Shown piece by piece: positions 26,711 to 42,985 of a stretch of 64,000 bases of DNA. The notes under the pieces were generated by a model. That model saw only the letters and a list, made by a program, of their open reading frames with translations, searched no databases and was not told the DNA's origin. Origin of the DNA: the human T2T-CHM13v2.0 reference genome, Homo sapiens. Both the position numbers and the translations under genes were made by a program. The stretch's first letter is position 1, and each line of letters begins with the position of its first letter. The stretch lies in NCBI RefSeq assembly GCF_009914755.1, contig NC_060939.1, one strand, 5' to 3'.

Positions 26711-28281
26711 GTGCGTCTTACTCTGCCCAGAATCTGGAGCATAGGGGACACTCAGAAAAGTGGGGGTGAAATGAACCCAGTTAACCATTGGTGGCTCAAG
26801 TCAGCCTCCAGGGTCTTTCAGGCTGAGCCCCCAAAGTGCTGAGAATGAGAAGGAGGGAACCTCAGGGCCTGAGAACTTGGCCTTGCCCCTTGCTCCACCC
26901 CTATAGCCCAGGGGCTGGGCCCTGCTGTCCAGCAATAGCCCTGCTGAACCCTGGCTGTTAGTGGCTCCCCTCCCTGGGCAGATGAAGCTTGATCTGGGCC
27001 TTCAAGGCCTCAAATGCCAGGCAGAAGGCTGTGACTTTTATTCCATATGGAACAGGGAGCCAATGAGGGTGTCCCAGTGAGGGAAGAACTGGCCCAGAGC
27101 TGCACTCACTGATGAGGACTCAAGTAGTGGGGACGTGGTGGCCAGCAGGTAGAGATAACAGCCCTGGATGCAGCCCCTTCCTCTCTTTGAGCCTCAGGTT
27201 TCACAGCGATAAACTAGGGGGCCAGACACTGCATGATCTCAGAGGGTACTTCCTTTAGGGTTGCAGGAGGTGAGGGGCTGGCAGGGGGAAGCAGCAGCAT
27301 AGGATCCTGGCCCCAGGGCTCCTTTAGATATTATCCTGTTCACAGCACACGCACTTACCTTGCCCCCAACAACCCAGCCCAGGAGAGAAACAGGGTTATA
27401 TGGTGGCCTGCCAACCAGGTGGCTGCTAAGAATGCCAGGGGCAGAGATCTTTCCTCCCAGGGGCTGCAGGAAGCAGCTTGGAGCCTGAGGCCTCCACGGG
27501 CACCCACAGGGCAGGAGCAGGGAGTGGCAGCTCTGCAGTAGTCGGCTCCAGGAATCCCAGCTGCAATCAGCCACAGTGCCCCCGGTGGGACTTAGGACAC
27601 CTGAGCTCCCATCTGGCTCTGCCCTGCCTGGTTGTGTGACCTGGGCAAGTTACTCGCCCTCTGAAGGCCTCTGATATCTCATCCATCATGTGGGGTCAAG
27701 AGCAGTTTGCCCACCCCACAAGGTACTGTCGTCATGCCCAGTTCACAGATGAGCAGGCTGAGACTCAGAAGGGGCAAGTGACTTGCCCAAGGCTACCAGC
27801 TAGTGACCATAGAACTGCACAGATTCTTCTAACTGTAATGTGTGCTGATGTCTCAGGCAGAGTCTCAGGCAGAGTGTAGTCTGATCAGGCATTTCTGTGT
27901 TTCCAGCATCTAGCACAGGTCCTGACACAAAGGAAGGAAGTATCTGTGCAGGGAAACATGAAGGACCCAACTAGTCTACAAGCCCCCCAGGCAAGCACAG
28001 GGTTGTGGCTGCCTCAGTCTCCCACTCCTGCTCCCCCTCCTAGTGGCATGACACCCTATGGTGTCCCCACAGCAGCCCTCTGCCCAGGCTCTCTCATAGT
28101 GACTAGCTGCCAAGACCCCCACCCCTTCCTGGCCTCAGGAGCTTGGATACCCTTCTTCCTACTTGGGGCCTAGACCTGGGTCTGGGGTCCAGCCTGACAG
28201 CCTTCCTGCCCTGCACCCACTCTTTGCACCCCACCCCCCAACACCATCCCCGCCACCCGCTCCTGGCCCACACAGACTCAC

Positions 28282-28478
28282 CATGTTCATGATGGTCAGC
28301 ACATAGCTCTCAACCTGCGGCTGTCCGTGGTACTCCACCATTTTGGCATCAGCTACCACCAGGGTCTCCACCCACTTCTCTTTGCTGACCGACCGCTGGT
28401 GTAGACGCCTCAGCCGTGGCCGCCGCCACTGCTGCCGCTGCTCCCAACGCTCCCGTCGAGGCTCCAGCTCTGGGTACA
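28282..28478 (-). CDS. ADAMTS7: ADAMTS7 exon 4 (furin site RLHQR/SVS, start of metalloprotease domain)
   Basis: tccag|TGTAC ... ATG|GTGAGT; 197 nt; [17 protein letters not shown]. Confidence 0.97.
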
Positions 28479-29639
28479 CTGGAGGCCCAGATGGGGTGGA
28501 GTTAGCTGCCAGTGGACAGGCCCAGGGCACACGTCTCCAGGGCCTCTCCTCAGTGAGCTCTCTCTGGGGCACTGGGAACCACACAGGGATCAGAGGCCAG
28601 GGGCCTGAATTCGCCTCCTGGCTCTGTCCCAGATCTGTGCTGTGTGGCTCTGCCTGGTCACTTTCCTTTTCTGATCTTGAGATTCCCTGACTAAAAATAG
28701 GAATAAATTGCCTCACAGGGGGACCTCAAAGGGCAAATGAAATGGTGGATATAAACATGGTAAAGTACTGTGTCCATGGGAGGGGAACTCCTGGGCCTGA
28801 CAAAGCTGGCAACTGGGCCCCTATCTCCCCGTGTCACTTCCTCCCACCCTGGGGGCTTAGTGCATCCCAACACAGGCTGACCCCACCCTCTAAACCCCAG
28901 CCTGGGGAGGCTGGCCAAGACCCAGCCCAGCTTGCCCTACTGGGCCTGCTCCCCTGACCCAGGCTGCTCCAGATCAGAAGAGGAAGCACATCTATGAAGC
29001 TGAGGAAACTGAGGCCAAGAAGCATGCCTCTGTGGATATGTGCTCCAGCAAATGCAGTACCAGAGCTGTGGGCAGCCTGAGATCGGCTTGCTAGCCAAGC
29101 ATTCCCCAAACCCCAGCAACCCTTAGCAGGCAGCTCCTCACCTGGACTGGCCGGCACTACTGCTGCTCTGCAGAGGAGGCACTGGGTACCACACTCCAGG
29201 TCCCAATAATAGAGGTTAGTTATTCTAGGGTGGGAGCAGGGTGGTGGTGGGAGGGAAGTTCCTGGCTAGTGGCCCTGTTGGAGCTGGGCACAGCTCACCC
29301 GGCCTGGGCACTGGAGGAAGAACGGCTGGCAGAGCCAGGTACCATAGGCTGTTGGCGGGGAGGGAGCAGAGGGAGGCTGAGCCCCAACGTGGGAGAAGTA
29401 GGTGAGATGGAGCGAGGAAGGTCAGTCTAGGGGATTGACTGGGGCAGGCCCGAAAGGCAGAGGACACAGTCTTGTGGCACAATTAAGGGCACAGGCTATG
29501 GTAAAGTATCCATCTGTCTGTCTGTGTCATCTGGTCTAAGGGGCACTGGGCATGGGGATGTTAAGGGGGGCTTCTAGAAAGGCCCCTTCATGTCCCCAGG
29601 CCCAGCACCCACCCGAGAACTGGGAGCAGAAGAGCATAC

Positions 29640-29805
29640 CTTGCACTCCACAGGTGCTTGGAGCACTGGAATCACCCCGCTGTGCCAGCCTCTCCGGGGC
29701 CTGACGCTTGTACACCACATGGGGCTGGGCGTGGCCAGGCCGGGCCGGGGCACTGTCCAGGGGCTCAATGAAGTAGTCCTCGTTGGAGAGCTGGAACACA
29801 CCTTT
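29640..29805 (-). CDS. ADAMTS7: ADAMTS7 exon 3 (prodomain, STCGV cysteine-switch-like motif)
   Basis: cccag|AAAGGT ... AAG|GTATGC; 166 nt; KGVFQLSNEDYFIEPL. Confidence 0.97.
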
Positions 29806-31883
29806 CTGGGGAAGAAGCACCAGGGTCACACAGGGAGGGCTGGCCCTCAGCTGCTCTTCTTGCACGTCCCAGAGGCCCGTCCTGCTCAGCTGAGCCCCCA
29901 CTGCCCACACCACCTGTGACTGCCCGCGGACACACTGTACTTTCCTCCCGCTGGGACTTTGCTCACTCTGTAGCCTCCATCTGGAAAGCCCTTCTCTGCC
30001 ATTTCACACACAGCCAAACCTTCAAAGCGGAGCTCAGAAGCCTCCGCCCCTGGGGATGCTGCCCCACACACCCACCCCATTAGGAGAGGGAAATGTGTCT
30101 GCATCCAAATCTGACAAAACGGTGTCTTAGTCCCAGACAGCCATCCTGAGTGGGGCAGCTTGTGCCCAGGCCTCCAGGCTATTCTCCATCTCCTCTGCAT
30201 GCCAGCCATTTCCAGCACTGTGCTCCCTCCCAGCTGGCCAGGGCTTCTGACCTTCCCTCTATCTCCCTAAGGCAATGAATCACTCCAAAAGCATCCACAG
30301 CCACACCCGAGCGGAGGAGATGCCCACGGCCACCAGGACACCCTGTTCTCTGGGCCCAGGGCTGCCCAGAGAAGGGAAGCTGGCAGGAGTGTCTTGGACA
30401 TGTCCGCCAGCATTCAGAGTCCAGGGAGGGGAGGGGCCCTGGGAAGCATCTTTGATGCCCACTACCTCCTGAGGAAGCTCAGGGCTCCAACAGGAAAGAA
30501 GGTTTTATGTCCCTCGGACTTCCCCTCATAGGCACCAATTCTGCCCCTTGGGTCACACAGGACCAGGGGGCCTGGAGGGAGGGCTGGAGAGTGCATCAGC
30601 TCTTGGGTCTGGAGACCTGGGTATGAATGCGGAGTCCCCCCCTCCCGCCCACCACTCACTGAATGACTAGGTGACCCTGGGCAAGTTCCCCTCTGAGCCT
30701 GTTTCCTCATCTGTGAAATGGGAATGATGCCCCATGTGCACAGCTGTGGCACAGGCTCAACAAGATCAATTATACATTAAGGGACAGGCACAGGCTCCAT
30801 AAATGGGAATACTGTGCAGGGCAGATGGGCCTTCAAAGGTCCAGACGTTGTGCAGCTTGCGTTGTGGGCTGCCCTGTCATTAGGCCCTGTGCGGCCACAG
30901 CCCATGGTTTTTGCCTGAGCAATCTAAGCTGAGGGCCTCCTGGGAACAGTGGACTCTGAGAGTGTGCACACATCCCCTACTCCTCCCAAACCCCCACCCT
31001 CCAGAGCTGGGAGAGTGGGGCTGGTCACCTGAACACGAACAGAAAGGGGCCCTACTCTGCCTGGAGTGGAAGCTGCTCTAATCAGCACCCAATCAGGGAG
31101 CAATTAGGGCTGCAGTAGCCAGCACCACCCTTCAGCCAGTCGAAACCAGGAAGCTGAGGCCTGCTTTTCCCGGAGCTCTGATCCGAGCAGAGGGGCTGAA
31201 AGGGGTTCCTCACCACACCCTGCAGAATGGCTACAGGGTGAGGGGTGGCTTTCCTGGAGAAAAGCAGCCTAAAGGGACCTGTGAAGGAACAGTCATAACT
31301 GATGCCCCAAGGAAGAGAAGTCAACTGCTTTTTCAGTTACTTAGTCCAGTCAAACGGAGGTTCTCAAAATGGGATCTCTGGACCTGCATCTTCAATATTA
31401 CCTGAGATGTTTTCAGAAATCCAAGTGTTTGGGCGCTATCCCAGACCTATCCTGCAAAAATTCTGTTTAAACAGGGCCTGCAGGTGATTTGAGCTCATAT
31501 TAAACTCTCTTTTTCTTTTTCTTTCTTTCTTTCTTTTTTTTTGAGAGTGCCTGGGGTCTCGCTGTGTCGCCAGCTAAGCGCAATCACCACACCCTACATC
31601 CTTGAATTCCTGGGCTCAAGTGATCCTTTCGCCTCAGCCTCCCAAATAGCTGGGACTACAGGTGCACCACCACCCGGCTTTCACATTAAACTTTGAGAAC
31701 TGTTATCCTAGAGATGAACGAGGCCTGCGTTGTCACTCCCACTTTACAGGCGTGAATACCGAGGCTGGCAGAGAAAAAGTGCACTGGGCAAAGCCACCAG
31801 ACAAGTGCGTGGCAAGGCTAGAGCCAATCTCCACATCCCACCACCCGAGACTGCCCCAAGTATACATGTCCCAGCTCACTCAC

Positions 31884-32239
31884 CAGGCCGTCGCAGGCGC
31901 TGATGGCCGCCAGGCCACCCTCGAGCTCAGGGTCCTGCACCTCGCCAAGCAGGTGGCAGGCCGGGGTGTGGGCCCGGATGTGCGCGCGGCCCAGGCCGCC
32001 GCGCCGCCGCGTCTCGCTCACAAAGCCGGGCGCCAGCAGGTGCTGATTGGCGGTCAGGTTGAAGCGCAGCTCGCGCCCGCGGTATTGTAGCTCGTAGAAC
32101 GCGGGCGCGTCTCGGCGCACAGATACATCCCGCTTGCGCAGTGCGCGGGGCCACAGCTCGTAGGACAGGAAGGAGCCCCCCGCGTCGACTCGAACCGGGT
32201 GCACGATGTCCAGTGCCGCCCGGCCCTCGGTTGCACGTC
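31884..32239 (-). CDS. ADAMTS7: ADAMTS7 exon 2 (prodomain, RKR site)
   Basis: ctgcag|GACGT ... CTG|GTGAGT; 356 nt; HPVRVDAGGSFLSYELWPRALRKRD. Confidence 0.97.
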
Positions 32240-32439
32240 CTGCAGGGAGAGAACCACAAACGCCTAGGCCCAGGGCAGACCCGGGTCCTTGCTGGTGGCC
32301 GGGGACCAGAAGGGAGCGGCCAAGAGGGGGCTGCTGGAGTCAGAGTATCTGGATTCAAATCCTCGCCGGGCTATCTACTAACTCTGCTATTTCATCTTTC
32401 CGTGCCTCAGTTTCTCCATCTGGATCGTTGCAGTAACTT

Positions 32440-35720
<3,281 letters not shown>

Positions 35721-36499
35721 AGGTGTCCAGACTGCTTCCTAGGTGAGACAGCAAAGGGAGGCTCAGAGAGGTGGAGAGACTGGCCTAGAGCCACACAGTA
35801 ACAGTGAGAGTGGCAGTGCTGAGACTGAGACTCAAGTCCCCCAAATGGTTTCAGTCTCTTCAGTAACATTGCTCTATATTCTCAACAGTCCATCCCTTAC
35901 TGGGCCTCAGTTTCCCCATCATTAATGTGAAAGAGTTGAATTAGATCACATTTCTCAAATCTCTTTGGACACCAGTTCTAGTCTCAAGAGAAATCTCATG
36001 TGCCGGGGGTTGGGGGAGCTCTGGCATCCATGCTTTCCCCCCTCTTTTCCCTCTCTGCAGTTCCCAGGCTCTAAAGAGCACAGTTAGGGAACTTGGCAAT
36101 CCGGAGTTTCTCGATTGGATTTATACCCAGCTCCCAGGATCCTGGCTGTTCACGACAATAGACTCTTCAGGCTCGCATGAATGCCTGAGCGCCCTGCTGA
36201 CATCCCACCAGGGTTCCTTCTGCTGCTGCCCAGCCCGAAGCTCCATCCCAGCAGGCTGCGGAAACCAAACTTGCCCTCCAGTCTGTCCTCTGCCGAACTG
36301 CACGTAGAGTGCCCTGCACATGCCAGTGCTGTGACCCTGCTGAGAGCATTCCCTCTGCTCACAACCGCCGCAGCGATGCCAGCCTCAAAGAGCTTTCTCT
36401 GAGAGTCAAGAGACTGGGTAGGCTGGGGCAACGTGCTGTGTGGCTCTGAGCTAATCTTCCCCATCATTGAGCTTCAGCGGGCCACTAGTGCAAGGATTT

Positions 36500-36850
36500 T
36501 CCAGACCTCACAGATGAATTTCTTAAAAAAAAATTCCCAGGCCCCATCCCAGACTCACTAAATCAGCATTTCCAGGAAACTAGGACTAGGGACTAGGAAG
36601 CTATGTTTTTACCAAGAGCCTCCGGGAACTGTGATCCTCAGGAAAGTTAGGAAATCCCCCACTGGGAGTGAACCTGGCTGGTCATCAGCAGTACCTGGAG
36701 AGCTCTGAAAAACTGCAGATGCCCAGGACCCAGCCCAGAGATTCTGGTTGCACAGATCCAGGGCTCTGGGGGCCCTAGAATGTGTATTTTCTGTGTTTTT
36801 CTAGACCTTCCCAGGGATTCTGATCTAGCCAGTTCAGAGGCTGGCATTCA
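36500..36850. mobile_element. MER5-family MITE remnants
   Basis: CAGGCCCCATCCCAGAC..AATCAG and GCAGATGCCCAGGACCCAGCCCAGAGATTCTG motifs. Confidence 0.6.
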
Positions 36851-37779
36851 GAAGCCACCGGACTGGATGATTTAAGGCGACTTCTTGCTCTGACATCCTA
36901 ATAAGGGCATATGGGACTACAACTCCTCAACCACAGCGTGCAGATTTGCTTGTGTTGATCAGTTATTGATTTTTTGGTTTGTTTTGGCTGACACAAATAT
37001 TGAAAAACGTTTTAGTCAATTGCCAATGTTTAAGAATCACATGATCTTGTACAAAAATCTCAATTTTCAGCTTTTCTTGAAAAGTCTTATCATCCATCCA
37101 TGTCAGGCTTAAATTGCTCCCTGGCAGAAGTGGCTGGGGTGGAGCAGTGAGTTCCCTTTAGGAAGGGCCTATGCTCCCCGGTCCTCAGTCCCCACCACTC
37201 CATATTCATTCCCAGTACTGTGGCTGCAAGTAGGCTCCCTTTCCCATCATGCTTGTGTTTCCTTTCACTCAGTAAAGAATGGAAAAGTGGGAAAACAAGA
37301 GATAGGCCAAGAGGCCCCATGTTTCAGGAAAAATCTGTCTCCCTACCCACCTTGTTTGCTCATTTACGTTACCTGCCTAGTCCACGGCATTTGGTATGTG
37401 ACCCTTGGCTACTAACTGTGAGGGGGCACTAGGTGCTCCAAAGTCCAGGAAAGTGGGTAAGACACCATCCTTGCCTTCAAATGGAGAAATGGCCAGACGC
37501 AGTGCCTCACACCTGTAATCGCAGCATTTTGGAAGACCGAGGAGGGCAGATTGCTTGAGTTCAGGAGTTCGAGACCAGCCTGGGCAACATGGTGAAATCC
37601 CATCTCTACAAAAATACAAAAATTAGCCAGGCATGGTGGTGTATGCCTATAGTCTCAGCTACTCCGGAGGCTGAGGTGGGAGGATTACTTGAGCCTGGGA
37701 GGCAGAGGTTGCAGTGAGCAGAAATTGTACCACTGTACTCCAGCCTGGATGACAGAGCGAGACTCTGACTCCCCCCCCA

Positions 37780-37782
<3 letters not shown>

Positions 37783-37812
<30 letters not shown>
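37783..37812 (+). repeat. (CA)n microsatellite in Alu tail
   Basis: direct reading. Confidence 0.95.
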
Positions 37813-37834
<22 letters not shown>

Positions 37835-38227
37835 ACAGAAAAATGGGTGCAGTAGACCCAAGACCCCCACTCTGGCACAGTGCTGACAAGGTCCAAGCAA
37901 GGGGAAAGGATGACACCTTATGGATGCATTGGAATGAAGAAAAGTTTCATCAAGGAGGATGCATTTGAGATGTCCCTTAACATATGTTAATTCAACAGTG
38001 AAGACAAGAAGGGCCTCATGGTGGTAGGGGCACTGTGTGGTAAACCCTCAGAGAAGTGGGGAAAAGCCAGAAGTAAGAAAGGGCAACAAGAAGTTTAATC
38101 TTGGTCCAGGCATGTGTTTTGTAAAATGGGAGGCAATGGAGGGACAAAATAATGCACTATAGAGCATGGGCTTTGAAAGTAACAAGACCCAGGGCAGGCC
38201 CAAGTGGGCCACTTAATAGTTGTATAA

Positions 38228-38771
<544 letters not shown>

Positions 38772-39189
38772 TAACGTTGGTTCCCAGGGCAAGGACAATC
38801 CCAGCCAAGGCAGCTAAAGATGAGCTGAAGGTCAGGGGGGCACTGATGCCAACCAGCTCTAAAATTCTCAACTGGAGGAGCTACATGACACTCTTTTAGG
38901 CAAGTTTTGTCCTCAAATGCATGTGGTTGGGGAATGGAAGCAGGTATGTAACTGAGGAATCAACCACTGGGGAGAAAAGGCCCCAAAAGCTTAAAAAAAA
39001 TAAAGTATCTCTGGGGAAGAACCCATGCCCCAGCGGATGTACAGTCCTGTTGAGAATACCTGCTGTAGATCCTGGGCAAATATTGCAAGACAGAAATTCC
39101 AGATGACTTACAAAGAAGCATCCTATTAAGTTCAAAAATGTGGACAGGGCTAAGTAGAGCTATGCCGCAGGTGAAAAGCATTCGGATTA

Positions 39190-39410
39190 GTGAGCTCTAG
39201 AGCCAGAGAGGCTGTGTTTGAATCCCAGCTCTGCTACCCATATCTGTGAGACCATGGGTAAATTACTCAACCACTCAGAATCTCAGTTTCTCCATCTGTA
39301 AAATGGGGATGATAATAATTACAGCTGCTCTCTTTGGTTGTGTAAGAATTAAATGAGTTAGTATGTAAGTGCTTATAACAGCTGGCACATAGCAAATGTG
39401 AGCTAAGTTA
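39190..39410 (+). mobile_element. MIR (representative; many other MIR remnants, e.g. about 2445-2530, 3640-3780, 24770-24930, 25550-25670, 27590-27800, 50330-50490)
   Basis: TTTGAATCCCAGCTCTGC...CTCAGTTTCTCCATCTGTAAAATGGGGATGATAATA core. Confidence 0.75.
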
Positions 39411-39450
39411 TGACTGAAAATTAGCAAGAGAACTTCTAAAGTATATTTAG

Positions 39451-39750
<300 letters not shown>

Positions 39751-39934
39751 TGAATTTCTGGGCTCAAACGATCTGCCTACCTTGGCCTCCCAAAGTGCTG
39801 GAATTACAGGTGTGAATCACTGTGTCTGGTCTAAAACATGTTTTTCAATCAACAATAAAAGAATAGACTTACAGGATGTTGCCACTTTTATTGCAATAAT
39901 TTTTTTCTTGTTTTGTTCAGATTTTTTCTTTTGA

Positions 39935-40090
<156 letters not shown>

Positions 40091-42792
40091 TAATAGAGAT
40101 GGAGTTTCACCATGTTGGCCAGGCTGGTTTCGAACTCCTGGCCTCAAGTGATCCGCCAGCCTCAGCTTCCCAAAGTGCTGGGATTACAAGCATGAGCCAC
40201 TGCACCCCGCCAGCATTACCTTTTTTTATAGTGAACTTGTATTGTTTTGCCATTAAAATATTTTTAAAAAGTGCAGGGGTAAGTTTAAAAATAAGTAACT
40301 TTCACTGTAGCCTAGTTGACCTCAGTAGAGATGTTGGTGGCTGAAACTAGCACCACCCAGTGCCAGCAAGGAGTAATTGCAGGTTCCAGTCTCGACCGGT
40401 TATGTGCTTGCAACAAAGCTGAGCCTGCAGAGTTCAAGTGACAGTGGGATGGCAACAGGCACCATTCAAGAGGACTGCCAGAGATTCATGGCCAAATCTA
40501 TTCTGCCAAGTCAGGAGGTCTGTTCTGATTGGACCAAGCTCCTGCCACATTGGGTGTTAAATACTTTTAATATCTCCCCTGGGTGACAGAACTGTCACTT
40601 TGGAGCTTCTACCAAAGAAATGCCAAGATGGTGTTTACCCTCACCTCCCTATCAAGAACCTGAGTTACAATCCAGCCCTTCAAATGACCCACAGCTCATG
40701 CCAAGGAGGAAAAATAACTGGCAGGGTGGGGGGTAGTATGTGAATGCCCTCCTCTGTGAGTTCTAGTATGCACAGAAACACATGCACACAGAGTTCACAT
40801 GTGCCATACGGCATGAGGAGGACACATGACTGGGCTCCAGCCTCAGAAACCCTAGCAGGTCCCTGGGTCAGTCACAAGTGGGGAAAAGGGATATATTTTC
40901 CTAAAAGTGAGCCCAGGATGAGCCCTTTGGTCTTAAAGAAGGTAACATTCAGTGGTAGGAGGAGCCCCAGGCTTAGGTCCTGGGCTTCAAAGAAAATGAC
41001 AAACAGGCCAGCAGCCTCAGAGTCACCAATCCTGAGGGAGTGCAGAACAGGAAGGACCCCATGCTCTATATCTATGGGAACACTAGAGACAGACTTCACC
41101 CTTGGAGTGTTTGTGCCCAGATTAGGTTGGAGAGAGTGCCTGGCCTGCCTCCACCCTCAAACAGCAGGTCCAGGTCATCTGGGGAGTCCTGGGTCGGCCT
41201 GGCAGATTAATAAAAATAATGACCACTACATTGTAGTCACTGTGTCCTGCCTGAGCAACTGACATATTCAATATCTCATTTAATCCTCATAAGAATCCCA
41301 CGAGGTTGACCGCACCCAACTCTTCCCACAGCTGCCAGGGGGCCAGGACCCAAGTCCTGAGGGAAGCATTTTCCTGCTCTCCCATTCCCATCGCCCGGTT
41401 CATCCTCCTCAGCCCCCAGCTCTGGACAGTGGAAAACACAAGCCTCATTCAGGAAGCTCAGGAGTCCAACCCCACAGGTCGCTCTACTCTGAGCCTGTTT
41501 GCTGGTCCATAAAAGGACTTTCCATCACTTGCTTTGCACGGTTGTTGTGGAGATGATGAGAAATAAGAACCCGTGAGGCTGGCACACAGTAGGTGCTCAT
41601 TAAATGTTCGCTCCCTCTGCGCTCTGCGCATGGCTGCTAGACCAAATCTTTCCAAAACACTGCTTTCATCAGCTGCTCCCCTCAACGGCTTCCCAAACCT
41701 CTAAGATCAAGAGTCAATGTCCCCATCCTTCCCGCCCAGACTACTTTCTCGTCACAATCCCTCCAGTGGGGAGGCAGGTCGACCCCATCCCAGCAAGCAA
41801 CCCTAATCCAGTCCCCCGACTGATGCTCCCCAGGGGAGGGCCCCACTCCCTCCACGCCCTTCTAGCTCATCCAGAATCCATCCATCCTTCCAGTCTCTCC
41901 AACCTCATGCCCCTCCTCTCCTACAAAGCCTGCCGGTCGGCTCTATTGCAGGACTCTCCCCACTATCCACCGGCTCCCCTGACTGGGAGCTCCCTGAGCA
42001 CCGGGCCTGGGGTCTCCTACATCCTCGGTTACTGAATTCCCAGGCCGGCTGCGTCGGACGCGCCAGCAGCGCGGCCGCCCGGCAGGTCGCCGCCAAACAA
42101 GAGTCTGGACGCAGGCCAGAGGCTCGTCGGAGGCCGGCCCGGCGGGGCGGGGAGAGTTAACCCATGGCCGGGAAAAGAAGCTCCTGCTCCCCGCTCCACT
42201 CCCGGCGTCTTCACACTTGGGGAAGGGAGAGGCAGGAAGTGCAAGGACCGCGCAAGACCCGGCCCCCCGAGCCGCCAGGGGCCGCGCCAGCAGCCCAGAT
42301 GCGGTGGGCGGGAGCTGGGGGGGCGGCGGGGTCCCGCGAAGACCTGCGACCTGGCGCCCTCGCCGGCTGTGTCCCGGCCAGCCCGCTTTCCAGGCGAGCC
42401 TCGCTAAGGAGTGTGAGAAACCAAATCCTCAGTGGGTAAACCGCGCTCCGTCCAGCCCACTCGGACGAGAGCTCTCCCGGGAGCCAGGCGCGTTGCTGCA
42501 CCCGAGGTGGGGAAACCGGAGCCCGAAGAGCGGAAGGGGCTTATTCCAGGCGACAGGCAGTGTCAGTAACTGAATCAGGGGCCGAGGAAGTTTCCCCAGA
42601 AGCGCGGCTTCGCTCCCGGCCCGGCCCGACCCCGACTACTGTCCCCTAATACCCAGGGAGCGGAAGACGCGACCAACTCCAGGCACAGCGGAGCCGGCGC
42701 GGGGTCCACAAAGGTGAGGAGGGACAAAACCGAGACTGGGGGAGCGGGAAGGGGTGGCAGGCCCGGCTGGCCGGGGAGGGGCGGACACCCAC

Positions 42793-42892
42793 CTGGTGCG
42801 GGTCCGGGGGCGCCGGGAGCCAGAGCGCAGAGGAGCAGGAGGAGGGGGCGCAGCAAAGGCGCGGGGCTGCGGGGACTGGGGCCGCCGGGCAT
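42793..42892 (-). CDS. ADAMTS7: ADAMTS7 exon 1 coding part (signal peptide MPGGPSPRSPAPLLRPLLLLLCALAPG)
   Basis: gccATG at 42892, hydrophobic leader, donor CAG|GTGGGT; 100 nt, phase 1. Confidence 0.97.
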
Positions 42893-42976
42893 GGCAGGAA
42901 CCGGGCGGCCGCCGGGTGACCCCGCGCGCACGCTCTCGTCCGTCCCGTCCGGTCGCTGCCTGGTCCCAGGTCCGGC

Positions 42977-42985
42977 TCAGGACAT
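42977..42985 (-). promoter_or_regulatory. minimal upstream ORF ATG-TCC-TGA in the presumed ADAMTS7 5'UTR
   Basis: only minus-strand ATG seen between 42893 and 43140; G at -3. Confidence 0.65.

Noticed and set aside
28691-28700. Perfect MEF2 motif CTAAAAATAG in intron 3
   Set aside because: Isolated and apparently inside a decayed MIR core.
38930-39180. Possible ancient CR1/L3 reverse-transcriptase remnant (LGKNP-like)
   Set aside because: Similarity is too weak to call by eye; needs a Dfam HMM search.
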